Shown: positions 1 to 6,798 of the stretch, piece after piece
How positions within the stretch are numbered: the stretch's first letter is position 1
How the letters are laid out: every line of letters begins with the position of its first letter
IMG/VR virus record: IMGVR_UViG_3300031994_000321
Reading direction: 5' to 3' (one strand)
Length of the DNA: 34,344 bases
Source: a virus
The notes under the pieces: model-generated
Database searches by the model: none
Seen by the model: the letters and a program-made list of their open reading frames with translations, nothing else
Told to the model about the DNA's origin: nothing
Program-made: the position numbers and the translations under genes

Positions 1-127
1 AAGACAAGATTGCACAATTCAAAGAAGACTAAGGTGCGGCATTGAAAAAGGGGCTGTAGTAATGCCCTCGCCTGAGCCCCTGAGCCTACCAGAGTGCAGT
101 GCTGGATGGCGACAGACCACGGGGTAA
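1..127. repeat. Terminal direct repeat copy 1 (identical to 34218..34344); circular-closure overlap
   Basis: The first 127 nt (aagacaagattgcac...gaccacggggtaa) recur base for base as the last 127 nt. An exact k-mer-sized end overlap is typical of a linearised circular assembly. Unique length is 34217 bp. Confidence 0.95.
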
Positions 128-191
128 ATCCCAAGGAGTGCAGTAGCGAGGGCCCGCACCATTTTATACGATTTACTTAAAAATAGCACAA

Positions 192-620
192 ATGGACTGG
201 ACGCAGATCATTACAGTATTTATCGGGACGAGCGGCGTGGCCGGAGTCCTGATTGCAATTGTGACTCTTGTCGAGCGCAAGAGTGCGCTGATGCTCGAGA
301 ATGCGCAGAAGCTCGCGGAGTCGTACCAGCAGCTCGCCAACGAGTATCAGCAGCTTGCCAATGAGTACCAGGAACGCGAGAGCAAGACGCAGGGGCTGCT
401 CGGGGAGAAGGATGCGGAACTGCTGAACCAGATCAAGATGAACTCCAGCCTCCGCCACAACCTCGACGACGCTCACACCGAGTGCGCCGTGGCCAAGCTG
501 ATGTACTGCAAGAAGGCGAAGTGCATAGAGCGAGACCCTCCCTTTGGCTCCGACGCAGGCAAGGTCCTGGCGGATATGAAACTTGACAACAAACGAAACT
601 ACACGCGCAAAGATGAGTAA
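192..620 (+). CDS. Lysis-cassette membrane protein: N-terminal TM helix plus coiled coil (i-spanin-like or holin accessory)
   Basis: ATG start. Hydrophobic segment IITVFIGTSGVAGVLIAIVTLV, then heptad-like QQLANEYQQLANEYQ, and Cys residues in the C-terminal part. The stop overlaps the endolysin start (ATGAGTAA). Confidence 0.6.
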   Translation: MDWTQIITVFIGTSGVAGVLIAIVTLVERKSALMLENAQKLAESYQQLANEYQQLANEYQERESKTQGLLGEKDAELLNQIKMNSSLRHNLDDAHTECAVAKLMYCKKAKCIERDPPFGSDAGKVLADMKLDNKRNYTRKDE

Positions 621-975
621 GTATTTCAAGGCGGCTGAGTTCACGCGGTGCAACCCCTCCTGCGACATCAGCCAGATGGACGCAGCTTTCCTGGATCTGA
701 TGGACCGGGTGCGCGAGCTGGCGGGCATCCCGCTCGTCATCAATTCTGCATACCGCTCCAAGAGCTGGGAGATGATGCACGGGCGCAACGGCACCAGCGC
801 CCATTGCAAGGGCAAGGCCCTCGACATCCGCTGCAACACTTCCGCCAACCGCTTCAGGATCGTGGCCGCCGCCATCAACGCAGGCATCAGGCGTATCGGC
901 ATCGGCAAGACCTTCGTACACCTCGACAATGACGGCACCCTCCCTCAGAGGGTAATGTGGGACTACTATGACTAA
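613..975 (+). CDS. Endolysin, peptidase M15 (D-Ala-D-Ala carboxypeptidase-like, M15_3/M15A type)
   Basis: Motifs FKAAEF, INSAYRS, SAHCKGKALDI and FVHLD give the H/D/H zinc-ligand pattern of M15 cell-wall peptidases. The internal ATG at 613 is preferred over the track start at 583 because it overlaps the upstream stop. Confidence 0.85.
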   Translation: MSKYFKAAEFTRCNPSCDISQMDAAFLDLMDRVRELAGIPLVINSAYRSKSWEMMHGRNGTSAHCKGKALDIRCNTSANRFRIVAAAINAGIRRIGIGKTFVHLDNDGTLPQRVMWDYYD

Positions 976-1417
976 CGACCTCAGACCCGACGAGCCGCTC
1001 GACCGCTTCCTGACGTGCGCCATAACGCTCATCATCATCTTATTGATAGCAATAATGGCTTCGTCCTGCTCGCCCAGGGCGATAGAGACGATCCACGTCC
1101 ACGACACCACCTACATCCAGAAGGTGCAGATAGACTCGGTCTACAAGCGCGACAGCATCTACGTCCACGACAAGGGGGACACAGTCTACATCTACAAGGA
1201 GCGGTGGCGAGAGAAATACAAGTACCTCCGCGACACCGTAGCCGTCGTGAAAGTCGACAGCGTGGCCGTAGAACGCGAGAAAATCGTTGAGGTAGAGAAA
1301 CCCCTATCCAAGTGGAAATCGTGGCAATTAGCGGCATTCCCGTGGCTCCTGGGGCTTCTCTCAGCATCGGGGCTGTGGATATTCCGAAAACCTTTAATCA
1401 AACTTATAAGAAAATGA
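968..1417 (+). CDS. Unimolecular spanin (u-spanin)-like protein: lipoprotein signal plus C-terminal TM anchor
   Basis: N-terminal hydrophobic segment ending IAIMASSC (lipobox-like Cys). A beta-rich middle carries repeated D(S/T)(I/V)Y(V/I) motifs. C-terminal TM is WQLAAFPWLLGLLSASGLWIF. ATG overlaps the endolysin stop, and the gene's own stop overlaps the next ATG (ATGA). Confidence 0.55.
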   Translation: MTNDLRPDEPLDRFLTCAITLIIILLIAIMASSCSPRAIETIHVHDTTYIQKVQIDSVYKRDSIYVHDKGDTVYIYKERWREKYKYLRDTVAVVKVDSVAVEREKIVEVEKPLSKWKSWQLAAFPWLLGLLSASGLWIFRKPLIKLIRK

Positions 1418-1599
1418 AAGACCTGATCAACATCTTCAAGCTGCTGGGCATTGCCGCCTGGCTGCTCGCCGCCATCGGCGGTGTAGGCTACTGCGCCTAT
1501 TTCGGCCATTACATCATCGCCGCCGCCGTTTTGTTCTTGGCGATCGTCTCCTACCCTACCGTGCTCACCTGGCTGCCGGGCAAGCCACCGGAGAAATAA
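1414..1599 (+). CDS. Small 2-TM membrane protein, holin candidate
   Basis: 61 aa from the internal ATG at 1414 (ATGA overlap with the upstream stop). Two hydrophobic helices (LLGIAAWLLAAIGGVGYCAYF and IIAAAVLFLAIVSY) and a charged C-terminus. Confidence 0.6.
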   Translation: MKDLINIFKLLGIAAWLLAAIGGVGYCAYFGHYIIAAAVLFLAIVSYPTVLTWLPGKPPEK

Positions 1600-1670
1600 T
1601 CCGGTTATTCCGAGGCATAAAAAAAGCCCTCGGTCTTATATGTAAAAGCACCACCTGATACATAAAGCGC

Positions 1671-1720
1671 CACTGCGCAAGGAGCCGAGGGCTGTAGAAG
1701 TCCACTTTCCTTGCGCAGTG
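1671..1720. terminator. Perfect 13-bp stem / 24-nt loop hairpin downstream of the lysis cassette
   Basis: cactgcgcaagga (1671-1683) is the exact reverse complement of tccttgcgcagtg (1708-1720). There is no strong T-tract on either side, so it could be a terminator or an RNA stability/regulatory element. Confidence 0.5.
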
Positions 1721-1786
1721 ACTGTTTAAGTTAGTATCAGATGGTGCACTGCAAAGGTAGTGATAAATTCTGATAATCAACGGCCT

Positions 1787-2116
1787 ATGCAGGAAAAAAT
1801 TTGCAAGAAAATAGTACTGGAATTTCTGGCGTTCCTCCGGTACAAGGTCAAGAACGATCTGCTGACGATGGAAGAGATAGAGTCGCTCGCCAGGATGTTT
1901 GAGGAGAACCTAACAGTCCTGGGAACCATCGACGACCTGGCCCGCTTCTACAACCAGCCGAAGTCAAACGTCTCAAATGTTATCAACCGGCGGATGATCG
2001 AGAAGCCCGTCCGCAAGCTGTTCTATTCCTTCAAGGCTTTCCGATCTGTCAAGCCGTCTTCCTGGGCTTATCATAAAAGCACTTCTCGTTCAAAGGGTTA
2101 CAATAAAGTTGATTGA
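1787..2116 (+). CDS. Small HTH DNA-binding protein (excisionase/HTH_17-like)
   Basis: The track start at 1760 is GTG and the first ATG is 1787. TIDDLARFYNQPKSNVSNVINRRMI looks like helix-turn-helix. The C-terminus is basic. Confidence 0.5.
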   Translation: MQEKICKKIVLEFLAFLRYKVKNDLLTMEEIESLARMFEENLTVLGTIDDLARFYNQPKSNVSNVINRRMIEKPVRKLFYSFKAFRSVKPSSWAYHKSTSRSKGYNKVD

Positions 2117-2200
2117 CGTTAGCAAGGCTATTTCATCTTGCCGAACTTCGTGATGTGACACAAGTCACCTCAGAAGTTTTACAATCAAATCTTAATCAAA

Positions 2201-2695
2201 ATGGCAGATGAAATGATGAAGGGGCTTTCCCCTTATGAGAGTATGAAGATTGCTCATATGGCTGCACGCAGGCCCTCGGGTGCGGCAGTCGCCGGCCTTG
2301 TTGTCGCCGGTGCCGCAGCAGTCGCCAGCGTCGGCGCCTGGATCTTCGGCCCCATTGTATCACAGAACAGGGCCAAGGGAATCGAAATGCTTATTGATTC
2401 CAACAACAAAAACACCCAGTCAACACTTGACCGTCTTATTGGAGCTCTTGCTTCGGAGCGTGCAGAGCGTGTGGCTCAGGGCGTGACTATGAGCCAGACT
2501 ATCAACGACACCGTAAGCGGAAGTCAGCAGGGGACACTTACTGCACAGCAGGCAGCAGAGCTTTCGGCGATGCAGAGTGTACAGAACAACCTTCTGAACC
2601 AGGCTATCCTGGGCAACCTGTCGGAGAATCCTCAGAAGGTGCAGATCTACTCGGCGCCCCAGCCCTGTGGCTGCCCGGGATCCTGCGGCAACTAA
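2201..2695 (+). CDS. Hypothetical membrane protein with Cys-rich C-terminus
   Basis: TM helix AAVAGLVVAGAAAVASVGAWIFGPIV, a Q/N/S-rich extramembrane part, ending PQPCGCPGSCGN. Followed by a strong terminator. Confidence 0.7.
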   Translation: MADEMMKGLSPYESMKIAHMAARRPSGAAVAGLVVAGAAAVASVGAWIFGPIVSQNRAKGIEMLIDSNNKNTQSTLDRLIGALASERAERVAQGVTMSQTINDTVSGSQQGTLTAQQAAELSAMQSVQNNLLNQAILGNLSENPQKVQIYSAPQPCGCPGSCGN

Positions 2696-2705
2696 CAGCT
2701 CACGT

Positions 2706-2737
2706 GGCAGGGTTGAGGCGACTCGCCCTGCCTTTTA
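2706..2737 (+). terminator. Rho-independent terminator
   Basis: ggcaggg (2706-2712) pairs with ccctgcc (2726-2732), with an inner gag/ctc extension. Followed by TTTTATT. Confidence 0.75.
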
Positions 2738-2747
2738 TTGAAAGACA

Positions 2748-3101
2748 ATGTCGCTACGCAAGAAAAGAGAGCAGAAGCTTATGGAACAGCTCGAATTGAT
2801 AAAACCCACAAGCAAGGCTGCACTCAAGCAGCAATGCCTGTTTTTGGCCAACCTTGACGTCGACAAGGCGGAAAGAATGTACGACTTCCTGATAAAGGAT
2901 ATGGACGATATACCAGCAGTCGAGGCCGCCTCAAAGACTTTTATCCAAAACGTAGGGGAGCAAGCCAATGGCCTCATCGGATGGCTGCGGGAGAACCAGG
3001 ACGTCATCAGCCAGGGCGTAGACTTCATCAAGGGCATCATCGCCGGAAGAAAGGGCGGGCAGCTGCCCTCGGCGGCTCCGCTGCCACCCATAAACAACTG
3101 A
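2748..3101 (+). CDS. Hypothetical protein (helical, soluble)
   Basis: ATG-initiated 117-aa ORF with protein-like composition, in a tightly packed + strand operon. No family recognised. Confidence 0.65.
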   Translation: MSLRKKREQKLMEQLELIKPTSKAALKQQCLFLANLDVDKAERMYDFLIKDMDDIPAVEAASKTFIQNVGEQANGLIGWLRENQDVISQGVDFIKGIIAGRKGGQLPSAAPLPPINN

Positions 3102-3105
3102 CGCT

Positions 3106-3294
3106 ATGGACGGGTATGAGATAAAGTTCAACGTCTTCGCCAACTCCCAGGAGGAGGCAGACCGCACTTCGCTGCTCATCCGCAAGTTCGTCGACGACTA
3201 CGCCAGAAAAGGCATAGCGGTCACGGCGGGCAAGATTGCCGCTGCAGTCACAAAGTACAAAGACAGCTTTTTATTGACAACATACTTCAAATAA
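3106..3294 (+). CDS. Hypothetical small protein
   Basis: 62-aa ATG ORF starting 4 nt after the previous stop. No family recognised. Confidence 0.55.
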   Translation: MDGYEIKFNVFANSQEEADRTSLLIRKFVDDYARKGIAVTAGKIAAAVTKYKDSFLLTTYFK

Positions 3295-3304
3295 TGATAA
3301 TAAT

Positions 3305-3538
3305 ATGGCCGAAAAGCAATGCACAGGCGACTGCCTCAAATGCTCGCTCCAGCAACAGGTCTATTGCGCCGCCCAGCACGGGCACGCCATAATGGGCTAT
3401 ATGCCCGTCCTGCTGGAGCGAATTGAGGCTTTGACAAGCGCCCTTTCGGGCTTTGCGCCCCAAGAGATTATCAACCCTCTGAAAGATAATGCACAGATAG
3501 ACTCCGGTGCAGAAAATAGGGAGCCTTCAACATCTTAA
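3305..3538 (+). CDS. Hypothetical small four-Cys protein
   Basis: 77 aa. The N-terminus CTGDCLKCSLQQQVYC has C-x3-C-x2-C-x7-C spacing. Confidence 0.6.
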   Translation: MAEKQCTGDCLKCSLQQQVYCAAQHGHAIMGYMPVLLERIEALTSALSGFAPQEIINPLKDNAQIDSGAENREPSTS

Positions 3539-3549
3539 TCTATCAGACT

Positions 3550-4035
3550 ATGGCTTGTTATAACGGACAGACTTTTGTCAATACTTGTATTCCAGCACCC
3601 GGCGCAACAGCCGCCGATGCCACCTATGTGGTAGACCTCACGCACTACCTTTGCGGCAACCGCAAGCTATGCGCCAACGGAGCATACCCGCTTGCTGCCG
3701 ACCTTAATTACAAAGTCCTCAATCCACCCCGTGCCGTAGGCAACGACACCTACCAGGTGGACATCCTCATCACCGGAGATATCACCTATATGCCGTACCG
3801 TAACGGTCAGTGCGGCTGCGATTGCAACTGCCCTCGCAGCGAGAATATATGGGCTACCGTCAGCGTGCCTTGGGGTTCCGCTGCGGCTCCTGCCGTGACT
3901 GCCGGCGAAGCCTTTGCTTCACCGACAAACCTGAAGGACTGCTGCTTCATCACAAACGCCTGCTCTATCGTAGGCTCCTTCAACCTCGCTACGGCTGCGG
4001 CAGCCTCGGCAAACGGCTCAAAGAGCTCCAAGTAA
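3550..4035 (+). CDS. Hypothetical cysteine-rich protein
   Basis: 161 aa with 11 Cys, including QCGCDCNC and DCC clusters. Beta-rich-looking sequence with an Ala/Ser-rich tail. Confidence 0.7.
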   Translation: MACYNGQTFVNTCIPAPGATAADATYVVDLTHYLCGNRKLCANGAYPLAADLNYKVLNPPRAVGNDTYQVDILITGDITYMPYRNGQCGCDCNCPRSENIWATVSVPWGSAAAPAVTAGEAFASPTNLKDCCFITNACSIVGSFNLATAAAASANGSKSSK

Positions 4036-4385
4036 TGTACCGGGAAGCTGCGGCGCTGACGACGGCCTGTGTGCTCTTCGTGCAGATGGGATTGGCTGAC
4101 GCCATACAGGCGAGGCTTCATTTCCGGTCCGTCCTCCTGTCCTGCCCAAAATGCTGCACCTTCTGGAGCGTGCTTCTGCTCTCGATGCTCCAGCGGCAAA
4201 GCCCGGTCCAATGTGTTGCAGCTTCCTTTATTTGTTCCTACGCCGCCCTGTGGCTCGCACTGCTGTACGACTGCCTGGCGACACTGTATAACAGAATCTA
4301 TGACAAGATCACCCAACAAACCGACACCGAAGACTCCGGTGGCGCCGATGACTCCGAAGCCGGCGCAGCCGATGCGGTGTCCTAA
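4035..4385 (+). CDS. Hypothetical multi-TM membrane protein with CPKCC motif and acidic tail
   Basis: The internal ATG at 4035 overlaps the upstream TAA (TAATG). Hydrophobic segments sit around ACVLFVQMGLA, TFWSVLLLSML and AASFICSYAALWLALLY. The tail is TDTEDSGGADDSEAGAAD. Confidence 0.6.
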   Translation: MYREAAALTTACVLFVQMGLADAIQARLHFRSVLLSCPKCCTFWSVLLLSMLQRQSPVQCVAASFICSYAALWLALLYDCLATLYNRIYDKITQQTDTEDSGGADDSEAGAADAVS

Positions 4386-4895
4386 ATGCAGATGAATATG
4401 ACACTTTATGAAATGACCAAGAAGTATGGCGAAGGGAAGGGAGAAGGCGTGATGTGGACCACCTTGCAGACCGTTTCCGATGCCATCGAAGACGCAATGG
4501 ACGAAGACGTGAAGAAGCGCCTGATGCGAAACCTCTACGGACAGATGGCTGGTGGCCATTACAACCAGGAGTTTGCTCAAGACGATGTTGCTAAAATGTA
4601 CTATAAGGAACAGAGCGGAGCGAAAATCGCAGCGCCATACTGGACCGAAGCCCAGGTCAAGGAAGTGTATGAGATAGTCAGAAAAGACATCTCGTCGCAA
4701 TATACCTTCTGGGACTTCTACGTCACCCTCCAGATGATCAAAAGCGACAATGTTCAGATGCTCAAAAAGTGGTATCCAGCAGCACCGCCGGAAGAACTTG
4801 ACAAGAAACTCGTCGAAATGGCCGTCAACTGGCTCAACGATCCTGACAACCCATACGGCGACCACAAGATCTGGGGATATATGTGCGCGAAATAA
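4386..4895 (+). CDS. Hypothetical protein (resembles a widespread uncharacterised phage/mobile-element family)
   Basis: ATG immediately follows the upstream TAA. 169 aa with motifs GGHYNQEFAQDDVAKMYY and FWDFYVTLQMIKSD. Function unknown. Confidence 0.7.
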   Translation: MQMNMTLYEMTKKYGEGKGEGVMWTTLQTVSDAIEDAMDEDVKKRLMRNLYGQMAGGHYNQEFAQDDVAKMYYKEQSGAKIAAPYWTEAQVKEVYEIVRKDISSQYTFWDFYVTLQMIKSDNVQMLKKWYPAAPPEELDKKLVEMAVNWLNDPDNPYGDHKIWGYMCAK

Positions 4896-4896
4896 A

Positions 4897-4925
4897 CAGC
4901 AAACCATTTTGCTGATGTCAGCAAA
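4897..4925 (+). terminator. Hairpin cluster after the cargo operon
   Basis: cagcaaa (4897-4903) / tttgctg (4908-4914) / cagcaaa (4919-4925) can form alternative 7-9 bp stems directly after the stop codon. Confidence 0.5.
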
Positions 4926-4975
4926 ATTGTTACATTTGTACCAATACAATCTAATACATTGTATGGCTTAAGGGT

Positions 4976-5006
4976 AGAGCTGGAGGTGCAAGCTTCCAGC
5001 TCTTTT
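4976..5006 (+). terminator. Rho-independent terminator
   Basis: agagctgga (4976-4984) pairs with tccagctct (4995-5003), followed by TTT. Confidence 0.7.
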
Positions 5007-5032
5007 CAAAGCCAAAACGAAAAACTTGCAGA

Positions 5033-5060
5033 TTTTGTCCTATTGTTGTCCGATAAAATT
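5033..5060 (+). repeat. Direct repeat A1 upstream of int (candidate integrase arm-type site)
   Basis: ttttgtcctattgttgtccgataaaatt. It differs from the copy at 5216-5242 by one substitution (t/a after tcctat) and by one extra T in the 3' A-rich tail. Confidence 0.6.
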
Positions 5061-5215
5061 GAAAATGCAAGAGTGGCCTTGTAAAACGCGGATATTACTT
5101 TTTCGATAGAGAAAGTTAACAACCCCCTCATAGATTAGAAAAAAGCCCTTCAGAACGCTTGTAGGGCATATTTAAAAACCTATTGTCACTTAAAGTGCCG
5201 ATAGGTTTTTGCTTT

Positions 5216-5242
5216 TTTTGTCCTATAGTTGTCCGAAAAATT
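5216..5242 (+). repeat. Direct repeat A2 upstream of int (candidate integrase arm-type site)
   Basis: ttttgtcctatagttgtccgaaaaatt. A third TTGTCCTA half-copy lies at 5249-5256. Confidence 0.6.
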
Positions 5243-5243
5243 A

Positions 5244-5251
5244 TATCTTTG
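5244..5251 (+). promoter_or_regulatory. Bacteroidota-type -7 promoter box (TAnnTTTG) for int
   Basis: tatctttg matches TAnnTTTG and lies 20 nt upstream of the ATG at 5271. Confidence 0.5.
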
Positions 5252-5270
5252 TCCTACCCAAGAGCCATCA

Positions 5271-6533
5271 ATGATCACCTTCAAACCCATAGTCATCCAG
5301 GGCGGCAGACGAAAGGACGGGACGTGGCCCGTCAAAATCCGCGTCACCTTCAAGGGGCAAAGTCGCCGACTGCCCACAACTCTGATGTGTGTGGATGCAG
5401 ACCTGACGCGCTCGGGCAAGATCAAGAATGCAAACGTACTGGAGAAAGCCGCAGAACTTATCACCAGGATGAGGGCAAGCTGCAACCAGCTCTCGCCATT
5501 TGTGGTGGAGGCGTGGACGGTGGACGACGTGGTGCGATGGATACGCAAGGACTTGACTGCGGAGCAATGGAGGCTCGACTTCTTTCAATTCGCTGACGAA
5601 TACATCGACAGCAAGAAGGAAAGCACCCGTGCCGTATATCTTTCAGCCCTCCGCACCTTTGAGACCTTCCTCGGCAAGAGGTATGTCGATGTCAACGAGA
5701 TCACCCGCCAGATGCTTTTGGACTTCCTGGACTTCGTAGATGCAAGGCCGGTGATGCACCGCAGCAAAACCGGAACCCTTGTTGAGACGCAACGCGAGAA
5801 AGTGTCGCACGGCGTATCACGGGAATATCTCTCAAAACTATCCCACATCTACGGCAAGGCGAAATTCCGGTACAATGATGAGGACAGCGGTATCATCCGC
5901 ATACCCCGTAATCCCTTCGCAGGGCTGACGGGAAAAGAATACCCTCACAATGGTCAGCCGAGCCTCGGCGTTGAGGTGATGCAGAAGATTATAGATTGGG
6001 AGCCGCAGGACTGGATCGAGGAGATAGCGCAGGCGGCATTCCTTTTCTCGTTCGGCACGATGGGGGCAAACCTTACTGACATGCGGAGCCAGGTAGATCC
6101 TCCAACGGACGGAATATGGGTCTACAATCGACGCAAGACTGCCGACAGACGCGTCGACCGTGCCGAGGTAAGGGTTCGCATCCCTGAACAGATATCGCCT
6201 TTTGTAGCGAAACTGCGTGGCCCGCAGGGGCGATCGGGAAAGTGGCTCGGAGCCCTGCAAAGATGGAGCCGTGACAATTCGGCAACGCTGATGATAAACA
6301 TGGCCCTGCGGAGGTGGGCGGAACGCGAAGGCATCAAACCCTTCACCTTCTATGCGGCACGACATACCTGGGCAACATTGGCGCGAAGCGCGGGAGTCGA
6401 GAAGGCTACCGTTGACGAAGCATTGGCTCACATCGGTGACTACCGCATTGCGGATATATACGCGGAGCGCAACTGGTCTCTCGCCTGGGCAGCGAATGAC
6501 AAGGTGATGGCACTATTCAGATGGCCTTTGTGA
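5271..6533 (+). CDS. int: Tyrosine recombinase / phage integrase (Bacteroides type)
   Basis: The N-terminus MITFKPIVIQGGRRKDGTWPVKIRVTFKG is the typical arm-binding domain start. The C-terminal box is ARHTWATLA...LAHIGDYRIADIYAE (R-H...H...Y). The start is moved from the track's 5229 to the ATG at 5271. Confidence 0.9.
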   Translation: MITFKPIVIQGGRRKDGTWPVKIRVTFKGQSRRLPTTLMCVDADLTRSGKIKNANVLEKAAELITRMRASCNQLSPFVVEAWTVDDVVRWIRKDLTAEQWRLDFFQFADEYIDSKKESTRAVYLSALRTFETFLGKRYVDVNEITRQMLLDFLDFVDARPVMHRSKTGTLVETQREKVSHGVSREYLSKLSHIYGKAKFRYNDEDSGIIRIPRNPFAGLTGKEYPHNGQPSLGVEVMQKIIDWEPQDWIEEIAQAAFLFSFGTMGANLTDMRSQVDPPTDGIWVYNRRKTADRRVDRAEVRVRIPEQISPFVAKLRGPQGRSGKWLGALQRWSRDNSATLMINMALRRWAEREGIKPFTFYAARHTWATLARSAGVEKATVDEALAHIGDYRIADIYAERNWSLAWAANDKVMALFRWPL

Positions 6534-6773
6534 TTTTTCTGCTTCCAACCTTTTTTGACGTTCTATCAGCCTAACCTCAGCATCTTCCACAAGTACCGAC
6601 AACCCATTCAGTATAGGGGCCAGCATCAGCAGTGCTATGCCGGTGCCGAGCACCGTGAAGTTATCGTCGAAGACGGCGAAGAAAAAGCCCAGGACGAGGA
6701 GGATGATTGAAACGATAATGCATATCACGCTCCAAGTGTGGAGTGCTATGCTTCTGTCGTGGTTTCTGATCAT
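6513..6773 (-). CDS. Small 2-TM membrane protein (lysogeny-side; superinfection-exclusion candidate)
   Basis: 86 aa with two hydrophobic helices and a charged coiled C-terminus. Same strand as the repressor and directly downstream of it. Its 3' end overlaps the int 3' end by 21 nt (convergent). Confidence 0.6.
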   Translation of the reverse strand: MIRNHDRSIALHTWSVICIIVSIILLVLGFFFAVFDDNFTVLGTGIALLMLAPILNGLSVLVEDAEVRLIERQKRLEAEKSQRPSE

Positions 6774-6798
6774 AATACTTTTCTTATGCTATATCGGA

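Noticed and set aside
50-70. GGGGCTG... resembling a tmRNA 5' end
   Set aside because: There is no matching ...CAGCTCCACCA 3' end, no tag reading frame, and no T-arm in this region.
3305-3538. CxxxCxxC (radical-SAM-type) motif in CTGDCLKC
   Set aside because: The protein has only 77 aa, far too short for a radical SAM barrel, and has no SAM-binding motifs. It is kept only as evidence for a small metal- or cluster-binding protein.
3807-4949. 380-aa minus-strand ORF spanning three + strand genes
   Set aside because: It is antisense to three well-formed, translationally coupled + strand ORFs. Its composition (L/V/H/R/F-rich, no motifs) looks like a shadow ORF in GC-rich coding DNA, and there is no promoter context.
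5229-5270. Upstream extensions of int (5229) and of the fibre gene (30832 TTG). GTG/TTG track starts at 1760 and 12353.
   Set aside because: For int, the ATG at 5271 gives the canonical integrase N-terminus, and the extension would cover the predicted -7 box. For the others, the track start is a non-ATG codon with a nearby ATG in better context.
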